Assembly (NCBI GenBank): GCA_900315195.1
Contig: OMYD01000001.1
Span: 2,338-66,337 of the forward strand
Direction of reading: 5' to 3'
From: an uncultured Eubacteriales bacterium
GTDB taxonomy: Bacteria; Bacillota; Clostridia; Oscillospirales; Acutalibacteraceae
DNA length: 64,000 nt
The translations under genes and the position numbers were made by a program. How positions within the stretch are numbered: position 1 is the first letter of the stretch; every line of letters starts with the position of its first letter. Under the pieces are notes generated by a model that was not told the DNA's origin, did not search any database, and saw nothing but the letters and a program-made list of their open reading frames with translations. This document shows, piece by piece, positions 28,642-37,368 of the stretch.

Positions 28642-29073
28642 TTACCCCTCCTCGCAAAGGCAGAATTCCATTGAAAACTCCACCTTTCTGAAAACAGCGT
28701 TGACATCGGGGTCAAACTCAATAGACGATGCCGTAATATCGCTGACAACATTCTCCTCGTCGGCATCCTCAAGTCCGCTCATAAGCTCGCAGACCAGCTC
28801 TGACAGGCCGCTTCCGTTTTCATCGGCGGGCGCGTAAACGCGGATTTCCGCCTGCGCGCCGTAGGTTTCTCCCTTAACGGATGAAGACAAATATCCGCCG
28901 ATATATCCCTTTTTGCGCTCGGTCTTTGTAATTCCGACAACCGCAACATGTCCTCGCACAGGAGTTTCCATAGAGTCGTTGCCGTATTCGCGCACAAACC
29001 TCACGCCGTTAAAAGCCGCTCGCTGTTTAAGCCTGATGATTATTCGGTCAACATGCCGGCGTATCTGTGTCAT
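28642..29073 (-). CDS. putative tail completion/terminator protein
   Basis: position after head-closure gene; GGAGG RBS. Confidence 0.5.
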   Translation of the reverse strand: MTQIRRHVDRIIIRLKQRAAFNGVRFVREYGNDSMETPVRGHVAVVGITKTERKKGYIGGYLSSSVKGETYGAQAEIRVYAPADENGSGLSELVCELMSGLEDADEENVVSDITASSIEFDPDVNAVFRKVEFSMEFCLCEEG

Positions 29074-29416
29074 AGTCATCCTCCCTTTCTTCGCCGAAGG
29101 GCACCAGAATCGCCCACTCATAGACGGGCGTGTCCTTGACGAAATAGGTTTCGCATCTTTTTACAATATATTTATTGCCCTGCGTTTCTATGACGGATTT
29201 ATTCTCAACCAAACGATGAACCGATTTCCCGACATAAAGATATTTTTCACGCCGTAAAAAACCCAGCTTGCGGAATTCGCCGCCGATATAAATTTTATTG
29301 CGGTAGCGAAGCGGCTCCAAAAACGCTTTTGTGCTTATTTTATCGCCGCCCTGGTCGATTGTTACGCTTGAGCCGTAACGGCCGATTTCCCTGTCTACAC
29401 AGCTAAGTAAACTCAT
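29048..29416 (-). CDS. putative head closure protein
   Basis: 122 aa following the connector gene; TAATG coupling. Confidence 0.5.
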   Translation of the reverse strand: MSLLSCVDREIGRYGSSVTIDQGGDKISTKAFLEPLRYRNKIYIGGEFRKLGFLRREKYLYVGKSVHRLVENKSVIETQGNKYIVKRCETYFVKDTPVYEWAILVPFGEEREDDYDTDTPAC

Positions 29417-29772
29417 TAAATCACCCTGCCAAAAATAAATTCGTCCGAGCGGATTAAATCCGCGCTGCTTTTTGCCAATTCCTTCCAAAGCCGTTCAGCC
29501 CGCTTCAGTCCGTCGGCGGATGACGTCAGCCTGACGTCACCCGCAACAAACTGGGTAAGCTGATTTTCGCCTAAAAGTCCGTATAATCTGAAAGCGTAAA
29601 CCGCGCTGAGCGTTTCAAGCCGCGCTGTCTGGTCGCTGTCGGGCTGCTCAATCACGCACAAAGACTGCACATAACGGCACGCCTCCTCAACAAGCGGACG
29701 CAGGCGAGTGGTATCGGCGCTGTCAATTTCGGCAAGCACGGCAAAGCGATCTGTAACATTCGCAATGTTCAA
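29416..29772 (-). CDS. putative head-tail connector/adaptor
   Basis: 118 aa helical protein directly after the capsid gene; FVAGDVRL. Confidence 0.55.
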   Translation of the reverse strand: MNIANVTDRFAVLAEIDSADTTRLRPLVEEACRYVQSLCVIEQPDSDQTARLETLSAVYAFRLYGLLGENQLTQFVAGDVRLTSSADGLKRAERLWKELAKSSADLIRSDEFIFGRVI

Positions 29773-29789
29773 GCACTTACCTCCGTTCT

Positions 29790-30794
29790 TTAAGACATGG
29801 TCTTTGCGGCTTCGGTAAAGATTTTTGAGAAGCCCGCCGTGCAGGTAATAGCGGCGCGCTCAAGCTGACGGTCGATAAGCTTGTCGTAATCGGTAACAAC
29901 GCCTCCGGCCTGAACCATTTCAAGAGCGCAGTTTTTGTCAAGACCGATAATCTTGCCCGCGGTCATCTCGGGAGCGTGAAGAAGCGCCGCGCCCAGCGGA
30001 GTAATCATTTTACCGGTGCCCTGGAAGTCAAGGCCCGCCTTGGCGTCCTGCATCTGAGTCATTCCCAGGATCTTTCTCATTTCCTGAGTGGGCGCCAGAA
30101 TTGTGTTGAGCTCATATGGGCTGAGACTTGCCCAAAGCTTTACAAGGTCGCCGTAGCTGAGGGCGCCGCTTGTGGTAACCGCCACGTTATCCGCGGCGTT
30201 GTTGTTGCCGTCGCCGTTGATAAGCACGTCGATTGCGTCCTTGAGCTGAGCTCTGGCAATGTACGCGCCGATCTGGTTGAGCGTAACGGTAAAGAGGTCA
30301 AGGCGCTGGAACCTGAGCGCCTCATAGGACGCTACAAGCATTCTGCCGCGCTTGTGGAGCTTTACAAGGTTTTCCCTTGTCTTGACTCTGGTCTGCGGAA
30401 TAACCGCGCCCTCGCCCACGATTTTAAGAGTCTTGTCATCCTCGGTGGCGTCGGACACAATGCTGCGGTAATCCATGCCGTCAATATCGGTTACGGTTGC
30501 TACAATGTTAGACAGAATATCGGCGCGTTCCATACCCTGACGCACGGCGCGGCTTACATATTCGGGGAACAGCGCCGCGGAGTTTGAGCTCTGGAAGAAC
30601 TTCTCAACGCAGTCGCTGCCTCTGCCGCTGACCTTAATGTCATATCTTTTGAGCTGGCGTGAAAAAGCGTCGAGCCCTTCAAGCGAGGTACCCTCATAGT
30701 TTTCCGAGGGGTCAAGGCGCTCAAGCACGTCGGTAAGGCTGCCCTTGCCCTGATACATACCCTTTTCAATAGTAATATTCTCAAAATTAGCCAT
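29790..30794 (-). CDS. major capsid protein (HK97-fold)
   Basis: 334 aa; VGEGAVIP, KLHKRGRMLVASYEALR, LINGDG; AGGAGG RBS; codon choice looks highly expressed. Confidence 0.85.
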   Translation of the reverse strand: MANFENITIEKGMYQGKGSLTDVLERLDPSENYEGTSLEGLDAFSRQLKRYDIKVSGRGSDCVEKFFQSSNSAALFPEYVSRAVRQGMERADILSNIVATVTDIDGMDYRSIVSDATEDDKTLKIVGEGAVIPQTRVKTRENLVKLHKRGRMLVASYEALRFQRLDLFTVTLNQIGAYIARAQLKDAIDVLINGDGNNNAADNVAVTTSGALSYGDLVKLWASLSPYELNTILAPTQEMRKILGMTQMQDAKAGLDFQGTGKMITPLGAALLHAPEMTAGKIIGLDKNCALEMVQAGGVVTDYDKLIDRQLERAAITCTAGFSKIFTEAAKTMS

Positions 30795-30812
30795 ATTATT
30801 TACCTCCTGTAA

Positions 30813-31148
30813 TTAAAGAATGATTCCCGCTTCGGTAGCGGTAGAATCTACAACAAGCAGTTCTCTGCCCGAGGAATTTACTACGACGTCGCCGTTGTTG
30901 CCTGCGGCAAGCTTTTTGTAACCTGCTTCGATTTTTGCCGCTGTGGCAACTCTTACATAGCCCGCAAGCTGAACAGCCGCGTAACCGTTGCGCAGACCGA
31001 CGCAAACGCCGCAGAAATTATCGTTTCCGCCGCACTTGGCTACGGTGCCGTCGTCGCTGATTTTTACGGGCACGCCTGTTTCGGTAAGGCCGCTGTCCGC
31101 GATAAAGGTCAATACGTTTTCTCCATATCCGTTAAAATTTACGTTCAT
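30813..31148 (-). CDS. putative capsid decoration/cement protein
   Basis: 111 aa Gly/Val-rich ORF between protease and capsid. Confidence 0.5.
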   Translation of the reverse strand: MNVNFNGYGENVLTFIADSGLTETGVPVKISDDGTVAKCGGNDNFCGVCVGLRNGYAAVQLAGYVRVATAAKIEAGYKKLAAGNNGDVVVNSSGRELLVVDSTATEAGIIL

Positions 31149-31160
31149 AAAATACCTCCG

Positions 31161-32141
31161 TTAAATAGTAAACTGTCCGAATGACTCGGTGTTTGTTTTA
31201 GTCTTGTTTCCGCAAAGCTGCGGTTTGGGCGCAAACGCCTTGGCTTTCTGCTTTTCAAAGGCGTCCTTAAACTCTTTAAGCTGCGCCACGCTCATGGTTT
31301 TCGCGATACTCTGCATTGTGGAGCGCGAAATATCGGGCTGCACCGCTGCCGATAATCTGAGCACCTCGGCTGTCAGGCTGTCGCGATAATACACGCCGTC
31401 CTTAGCGGAGTTTTTGAGCTCCTTTATGTAGCCCATCAGCTTTTCACAGTCGCCTGAGTTCAGCGTAAAGCTCTCTCTGTTTTCAAGCTTTTTCAAAATG
31501 TTATCCATAGTTTCTTCCTTTCCTAAAGCGGCTTTTGTCACACCCGCTTCCCTTTGAGCGGGTACCGCGACAAAGCTCCATTCATACGCGTCAATCGGCT
31601 CACAAAGCTCGCCGCAGCAAAGTCTGCCGCCGTAACGCTCTCCTTTTTGATGAGTGCAGGCGGCAAGCTCCTTGCCGCAAATACTGCACAGCGTATGCTT
31701 AACCGCGCAGCCGACGCTTACCTCCTTGACAATACCGCTGTCAATAGCCTCTCTCAGCGCGCGGTTGTCGTCGGTAACAGGCATATATGCCCTTGCTTTC
31801 AGGCGAAAATACTCGTCGCCCGTCGCGGTTTTTCGCGAGGGTATATTCTCGGCGGCGCAGGAAAAAATCCTTGCCGTTTGGTTTTTCGCGCTGGGATCAT
31901 GGTCAAATATACCCGTTTTGCCGACAAACAGCTTTTCAAGCGCGAACAGCGATTCAACGGTAAAGCGCTCGCCGTCGCGGTCAACGTCGTTGTCGCACAG
32001 CACAACCGAAAACACATATACCTCGTCAGCTTTAAGCGGCTTTCGGGTATAGGCGTTAATAAGCTCAAGCTCTTCGGCGGTCACTTCTCCCGTGTCGCCG
32101 CCTATATACGCCGCTTTTTTTACAGCGTCAGAATTCATCAT
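31161..32141 (-). CDS. prohead protease/scaffold protein
   Basis: DRDGERF, IFDH, EVSVG, YEWSFVAVPAQ; CxxC..C.H insert; helical C-terminus. Confidence 0.75.
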   Translation of the reverse strand: MMNSDAVKKAAYIGGDTGEVTAEELELINAYTRKPLKADEVYVFSVVLCDNDVDRDGERFTVESLFALEKLFVGKTGIFDHDPSAKNQTARIFSCAAENIPSRKTATGDEYFRLKARAYMPVTDDNRALREAIDSGIVKEVSVGCAVKHTLCSICGKELAACTHQKGERYGGRLCCGELCEPIDAYEWSFVAVPAQREAGVTKAALGKEETMDNILKKLENRESFTLNSGDCEKLMGYIKELKNSAKDGVYYRDSLTAEVLRLSAAVQPDISRSTMQSIAKTMSVAQLKEFKDAFEKQKAKAFAPKPQLCGNKTKTNTESFGQFTI

Positions 32142-33276
32142 ATCCCTCCAAACCGTATTCCTTTTCTATCTGCATTGCGCGGGCATTGTTAAGCCGCGCC
32201 TGCGACAGCTCTACAGCGTCCTGCAGATTAATATTGTTCCATTCAATTTCAAAGCTTCCGTGAACGCCCGCAAGCCTTAGGTGCGCGGTCACGATTTTGC
32301 GGATTACAGGCTCAACAGCCGCGCGGTAATATTCAAGCTCGCTCGTCAGGATATCAGCCTGCTGAGCGCTCATGCGCTCGGTGCTGGACCATGAGATCCC
32401 AAGCAAAAACGGCGGGATACCGAGCTTTGCGACAAGCTGCTCAAGCATTATCCTGACGGGCACCTCGCAGTCGGGCATGTTTGCCTCGGAGCCGATTACC
32501 TTTATGCTTACGTCACCCGCAGCGACAAAATCGCAAACCCTGTCGCTTCTCATAGCCTGCTTCCACTCGCTCGCGATCTGCCGCGCGTTTTCCTCGCTGA
32601 AGCCGCCGTCCTTGGGGTCGTAGGTCACGGCAAAGCGCATGTCGCCTACGCGTTCCCAGTTGGTTTTAACGGCCTTAAAAATGCGCGTCAGTATTCCGCT
32701 TATGGCGGGGAGCCCCTCAAGCAGAGAGGTTCCGCGCACGGTTCCGCTCTTTTGTCTGAAAAGCGTGGCGAGAACAAGCGCCTGATTCTCAACAGGGCGG
32801 TTCAGCCCGAAACCTCGGCTGCACACCACAAGCTCCATTGGCGAAGCTCCCGCCTCAATGCTGACGTCCTTGAGGCTTGCGTTATAAAGCGCGCGGACGC
32901 CGCTTTGGCTTTCGTCAAGAAGCATTTCGCCGACGGCCTCACCGTATGTGAGCAGACTGTCAAGATACTCGCTTATAAACGCCGCAAGCCCTGCCGAAGA
33001 GCCGTTTACGCGCACATCGCGCACAAACTCGTCGGCTGTTTTCTGGGCAAGCGGATTGTCCGCCTTAATACGGAACTTTCCGATTAGTCTGACAATTTTT
33101 CCGATTGCCGCGTCAATCAAAGGCACAGCCTCTTTTATTGAGGCATACAGCTGCCGCTCCGCCGCGGTCTGCTTGGCTGTGCAAAACGGCAGCCATTCCG
33201 AGCGAAATTCGCGCGGTACGGTCTGAGCTGCCTTAGCAACCGGATTTTGCACGGCATGTTTTTTTCTGCCAAACAT
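32128..33276 (-). CDS. phage portal protein
   Basis: follows terminase; LLTYGEA, GTSLL, LGIPPFLLG; AGGAGG RBS. Confidence 0.85.
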   Translation of the reverse strand: MFGRKKHAVQNPVAKAAQTVPREFRSEWLPFCTAKQTAAERQLYASIKEAVPLIDAAIGKIVRLIGKFRIKADNPLAQKTADEFVRDVRVNGSSAGLAAFISEYLDSLLTYGEAVGEMLLDESQSGVRALYNASLKDVSIEAGASPMELVVCSRGFGLNRPVENQALVLATLFRQKSGTVRGTSLLEGLPAISGILTRIFKAVKTNWERVGDMRFAVTYDPKDGGFSEENARQIASEWKQAMRSDRVCDFVAAGDVSIKVIGSEANMPDCEVPVRIMLEQLVAKLGIPPFLLGISWSSTERMSAQQADILTSELEYYRAAVEPVIRKIVTAHLRLAGVHGSFEIEWNNINLQDAVELSQARLNNARAMQIEKEYGLEGYDEF

Positions 33277-33286
33277 TTCTTTCCTC

Positions 33287-34528
33287 CTATCTTTCGGCGG
33301 CAATTACCTTAAAGCCGCCGTTGTCCATTGCTGTTGTCACAAAATATCTGATGTCATCCATCGCGTGGTCGTTTTCCTTGACGGGAGCGTCATCGCGCCG
33401 AGCTGAATCCCAGCGATAAAGCTGAAACTCCCGCCGAGCGTCGCGGCAATTTGCGCAAATACGGATTTTTCCTTCCTTCAGCGCGCCCGACACCTTTCTG
33501 ATTCCGTCAACAACATTGTTTTTGGCAGGCGTTACCCGAAGCTCGCCGTGGCGGCGAATCACCTCGATAAAGCTGGCCGCCGACGGGTCAACGATCACCT
33601 GCCTTATTTTTCGCGTGCCCGCAAGGAGTTTAAGCGCGGCGTAGTGCTCCTCGTCGGTCTTTTGACAGCCTTCTTTGCGCGAGTCAAAATAGTACTCGTC
33701 AATTCTGTACCATACGCCGTCCTTTCTGCCCCAAAGGCCCATAGATGTGGGGTTTACCGTTCCGTAATCGCAGGAAATACAGAACTCATCAAATTTGCCC
33801 GGCGGACATTCGCAGTACATTTTTTCCTGAGCCATCATCGGATAAACCGCGCCGTACACGGCAACCCATTTTCCGCGGACAAAGCGGTCATAAAACGCGC
33901 CCGAATAAAGGTTTTCGTAGCGGCGCTTTACCCTGTCGCTCAGCGACGGGTTATCGTCCATTGTAAAGTGCAGATACAAGGCGTTTTTTCGCTCCGCCTG
34001 CAAAATCCATTCACGGTAGAACCAGTGCTCGGGGTGCTCGGGATTACAGTTGAACCAAAACCGCGAGCCCGTAACCGAGCAGCGCGCCATAGCCTGCTCT
34101 ACAAACGAGCGAGGCATAAGCGCCACCTCGTCAAACATTACCCCCGAAAGCGTAACGCCCTGAATCAGCGCCGCCGAGCCCTCGTCCTTTCCGCCAAACA
34201 GATAGAAGCGGTTTTTCATTTTGCCGAAGCTCACCGTCAGGCTGTTTTCGCTTATGCGTTCCTCGCAGTCAAAGCCGAGCCGCTTTAGCAGCGGAATAAT
34301 CGGCGTTACCATGTTTCTTCGCAGCGAGCGGATCGTTTTGCCGCACAGCCCGAAGTCGCCTCCGTTAAAGGCGTAAAACGACCACAGCACAAACGACAGC
34401 GACATGCAGAAGGTTTTTCCGCTGCGCACCGCTCCGTCGCAGATTATGGCGTCGCGCGTATAATCAGGCGATTTTTCATGCCACCAGCTCAGCGCCCTGA
34501 GCTGCTTTTTTGAGAACGTCTCAATCAT
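33287..34528 (-). CDS. terminase large subunit, PBSX family
   Basis: Walker A GAVRSGKT, Walker B VMFDE, CNP, nuclease motifs CDYGTVNP, VDPSA, DHAMDD. Confidence 0.93.
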   Translation of the reverse strand: MIETFSKKQLRALSWWHEKSPDYTRDAIICDGAVRSGKTFCMSLSFVLWSFYAFNGGDFGLCGKTIRSLRRNMVTPIIPLLKRLGFDCEERISENSLTVSFGKMKNRFYLFGGKDEGSAALIQGVTLSGVMFDEVALMPRSFVEQAMARCSVTGSRFWFNCNPEHPEHWFYREWILQAERKNALYLHFTMDDNPSLSDRVKRRYENLYSGAFYDRFVRGKWVAVYGAVYPMMAQEKMYCECPPGKFDEFCISCDYGTVNPTSMGLWGRKDGVWYRIDEYYFDSRKEGCQKTDEEHYAALKLLAGTRKIRQVIVDPSAASFIEVIRRHGELRVTPAKNNVVDGIRKVSGALKEGKIRICANCRDARREFQLYRWDSARRDDAPVKENDHAMDDIRYFVTTAMDNGGFKVIAAER

Positions 34529-35000
34529 CGCTCTCACTTCCAAGCGTTTTGGCGCCCCTTCCGATAGCATCGAACAGCCCTGATACCCCGGCGCTGTTCT
34601 CCTGCTGACATCCGAGCTTTTCCAATGCTTTAAGCCGATCGAAAAACTTTATTTCCAGCATTCCGTCCTTTGGCTTTTTGATTTCCGAAATCATAAACAA
34701 GTCCATTTCACCGAGCTGCTTCTCATCGGGACGCTCTGTATAGAGCAATCGGATCGCGTCAGCAACCCCGCCGAACGCCATTCGGTAATACCCGGCTGAA
34801 GCAAGCTGCGGAAGAACCCGCTTTCTCAGCGCCGTAAGCCGCTCCAGCTCGTCCAAGATTTTTTCCTCGCAGAGCAGCCTCTCGCCTACCAGCCTGCAGT
34901 TTTTCTTATAACCTGCGCGCTTTGCCGAATCCTCGGCGCTGCCTGTGCAGACAAAGTAACTGCAAAACAGTTTTTCTCTCGGTTTCAGTTTCTTTTCGAT
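34521..35000 (-). CDS. terminase small subunit, apparently starting at ATC
   Basis: frame open 48 codons upstream of the ORF-track start: IEKKLKPREKLFCSYFVCTGSAEDSAKRAGY, a TerS-type HTH; KFFDRLKALEKL; GGAGGTG RBS 6 nt before ATC. Confidence 0.75.
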   Translation of the reverse strand: MEKKLKPREKLFCSYFVCTGSAEDSAKRAGYKKNCRLVGERLLCEEKILDELERLTALRKRVLPQLASAGYYRMAFGGVADAIRLLYTERPDEKQLGEMDLFMISEIKKPKDGMLEIKFFDRLKALEKLGCQQENSAGVSGLFDAIGRGAKTLGSESDD

Positions 35001-35065
35001 TTACTTCACCTCCGCGTGAGAGAACCGCTTTTAACAAGTCCCCTCACTATACCTTCCAAAACGCG

Positions 35066-35093
35066 AAAAATTGCATGCATGTATGCAATTTTT
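35066..35093. promoter_or_regulatory. 28-bp palindrome upstream of the phage-like operon, candidate operator
   Basis: AAAAATTGCAT-GCATGT-ATGCAATTTTT; a TATAGT -10-like hexamer lies at 35046-35051 on the - strand. Confidence 0.55.
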
Positions 35094-35212
35094 TAAAAAA
35101 TATTTTTAAAAATTTTTAAAATAACGCGATTTTTGAGTATACTGGCAATATTTTATTATACGTTAAGTCAAAAAAAATGATATACTGAAATCATATAGAC
35201 GGAGGTGACGGG

Positions 35213-35812
35213 ATGTTCTTAAAAAGGCATAAAAAAATCAGCGCCGAAACGCTGATAGATTTAAAACGGTATATTGATTTATGTTATCCGCAGCCTGTTG
35301 AACGCGAGGGCTTCACCGGGCTTGAGGACAGCGAAGATTTTGCGGGCGCAATGCCCCCTATGCGCGCCCCCTCGCAAACAAGCGAATCTTGCGCGGGCAG
35401 GAGCGTTAATAAAAAGTCAGCCCGGATTGCGCCGGCACCGTATGCCGCAGCCTCACTCAGCGACGCGCTGAACCACCTTGACGAAAGCTTTTCCGAAATG
35501 CTGTTCCGCAAAATTGACGAAAAGCATATTACCGACGCCCAGTGCTATAAAAAGGCGCAGATAGACAGAAAGCTGTTTTCCAAAATACGCGGCCGCCGCG
35601 ACTACCGCCCAAGCAAGCAGACCGTAATTTCGTTTGCTCTGGCGCTGGAGCTCAGCCTTGAAGAAACCCGTGAAATGCTGATGAAGGCGGGCTACGCTCT
35701 TTCGCACAGCAGTAAAGCCGACATTATTGTTGAATACTTTATACTTCACGGAATATACGACAAATTCCAAATAAACGAGGCTCTTTATGAGTTCGACCAG
35801 ACATTGCTGTAA
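35213..35812 (+). CDS. hypothetical protein with XRE-like HTH C-terminal domain
   Basis: ESFSEMLFRKIDEK..CYKKAQIDRKLFSKIR..YRPSKQT..ALALEL, a domain often seen C-terminal to macro domains in Clostridia; GGAGGTG RBS. Confidence 0.65.
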   Translation: MFLKRHKKISAETLIDLKRYIDLCYPQPVEREGFTGLEDSEDFAGAMPPMRAPSQTSESCAGRSVNKKSARIAPAPYAAASLSDALNHLDESFSEMLFRKIDEKHITDAQCYKKAQIDRKLFSKIRGRRDYRPSKQTVISFALALELSLEETREMLMKAGYALSHSSKADIIVEYFILHGIYDKFQINEALYEFDQTLL

Positions 35813-35826
35813 GAATACCGTCCAAT

Positions 35827-35858
35827 AAAAAACAGCCCCTCGCAAATCGAAGGGCTGT
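35827..35858 (-). terminator. terminator of the srtB-LCP operon
   Basis: ACAGCCC...GGGCTGT stem with A tract on the left. Confidence 0.65.
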
Positions 35859-35865
35859 AAGTTAT

Positions 35866-37368
35866 TTATGCTTTCTCATAATAGACGCTTAGGAAAAGCT
35901 CAAAGAATTTTTCCTGATCAATATCATAACGGGCAAGACCTGTTGCTTCGTCTAGAGAAATTTTACCGGGCACGCTTGAAATCTTGGAAGACATACCCTT
36001 TCCGGCAACAAACTCAGAGGCGAGATATGTAACCTTAGCTGCATTCAGGTTTGTACATGAATACGGTGATGTTTCATTGTACACGGAAATAGTTTTTGTA
36101 ACATCCTTTTTAATTGCCGATGTCATTGTTGACATAAAGCTTCTGGCGTAAACCTTCTGTCTCTCCAGTCGCTTCATACTGGCATTGACCTCGGTTTTCG
36201 ATCTGTCTCTGACAAATTTCTCTGCCTGATCACCCTCAAGGTGATACTTTTCACCCTCGGTAAACTGACCTATGGTTTCGGGCGATACAACGTCAACGCC
36301 GCCTATCGCGTCATTCACCTCGGCTATTCCGTCAAGGTCAAGAGCGAAATAGGTGTTAATCGGAACATTATAAAATACCCGTTTTACTGATGATACCGTA
36401 TTTTCACAGCTTGAAGACTTGCCGTCACCGTACGCGTAAGCCAGACAAACCTGCATTTGCTTTATTCCGTTGTAATGGCCGCCCGGTGTATAAACAGCTA
36501 CATCCGTCACGGTATCACGCGGCAGAGCAATCAGATTCATAACACGGTTTTTCATATCCATAGCCATCATGACGATGGTATCCGCCTGGCCGCCTGTTCC
36601 CGTTTTGTTTTCTTTATCCAGTGAACGCTTGTCTACGCCCATAAATAAAATATTTGTAATATCCTTGTTGTATTTGTATGTCTCACCCTTGTAAACAATA
36701 TACTCGCCATTTTCCTGAACCTCGGCGGAAATAGTATCCGGAACAGACATCTCCAAGGTAACATCAAAAAATGAACTTCTGCCGTTGAGCCACAAAACCT
36801 GCAAAACCGTTGCCATACAAATAACTAAAGCCAGTATTACGCTTATAACAATAATAAGCACCTTTTTCCAGGTTTTCATCTTCTTTTTGTGATGCTTGTG
36901 ATGGTGAGAGTAGCTGCCCGATGAATGGTGCGAACCGTTTGAGTGATGCTTGCTTGAGCTGCGGTTTGAGGAAACATAGAGGCTGTCTGAACCAGACGAG
37001 CTGCTTGAATGATGCGAGCCGCTTGAATGGTGCGAGCCGCTTGAATGGTGCGAACCGCTTGAATGGTGCGAACCGCTTGAACTGTGAGAGCTTACGGATT
37101 TGGATTTTACAAATTTATAGTCGGACATATCATCCGATGTAGGTAAATTTACGGTTCCGGAGGGCTTGCGTGTTGAATCCTTAGCCGACCTGGTAGAAAA
37201 AACAAATTCCTCGGTAATTCCCGAATTGCCGACACCGGAATTTGAATGCTTGTTTGTCTCGGTTTCCGAAACTGTTTCAGGATCAGAAAATGATTCAAGC
37301 ATTTCTTCATCGTTATCGATGGATTCTTTCTCCCAAGAGAAAGCATCGTCACTTTGTCTTTTCATCAC
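35866..37368 (-). CDS. LCP (LytR-CpsA-Psr) family protein with Ser/His-rich cytoplasmic N-terminus
   Basis: NILFMGVD, QADT, LPRDT, AYAYG, DAIGGVDV, FVRDR, RLERQK; single TM. Confidence 0.92.
   Translation of the reverse strand: MMKRQSDDAFSWEKESIDNDEEMLESFSDPETVSETETNKHSNSGVGNSGITEEFVFSTRSAKDSTRKPSGTVNLPTSDDMSDYKFVKSKSVSSHSSSGSHHSSGSHHSSGSHHSSGSHHSSSSSGSDSLYVSSNRSSSKHHSNGSHHSSGSYSHHHKHHKKKMKTWKKVLIIVISVILALVICMATVLQVLWLNGRSSFFDVTLEMSVPDTISAEVQENGEYIVYKGETYKYNKDITNILFMGVDKRSLDKENKTGTGGQADTIVMMAMDMKNRVMNLIALPRDTVTDVAVYTPGGHYNGIKQMQVCLAYAYGDGKSSSCENTVSSVKRVFYNVPINTYFALDLDGIAEVNDAIGGVDVVSPETIGQFTEGEKYHLEGDQAEKFVRDRSKTEVNASMKRLERQKVYARSFMSTMTSAIKKDVTKTISVYNETSPYSCTNLNAAKVTYLASEFVAGKGMSSKISSVPGKISLDEATGLARYDIDQEKFFELFLSVYYEKA
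37003..37081 (-). repeat. 18-bp tandem repeat encoding (SSGSHH)n
   Basis: four copies of GCTTGAATGGTGCGAACC-like unit. Confidence 0.9.

Larger units (their letters stand above)
24523..35000 (-). mobile_element. PBSX-like phage-derived morphogenesis operon (candidate gene transfer agent / domesticated prophage)
   Basis: 17 co-oriented, tightly coupled ORFs in terminase-portal-head-neck-baseplate order; no integrase, replication or lysis gene recognised. Confidence 0.85.

Noticed and set aside
24523-35000. complete temperate prophage, or tailocin/eCIS
   Set aside because: No integrase, replication or lysis modules for a prophage; it has head and packaging genes and lacks a sheath, unlike tailocins and eCIS.
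35040-35095. sporulation sigma (F/G) promoter for the virion operon
   Set aside because: GCATA/GCATG motifs are present but the spacing to a matching -10 is not convincing.
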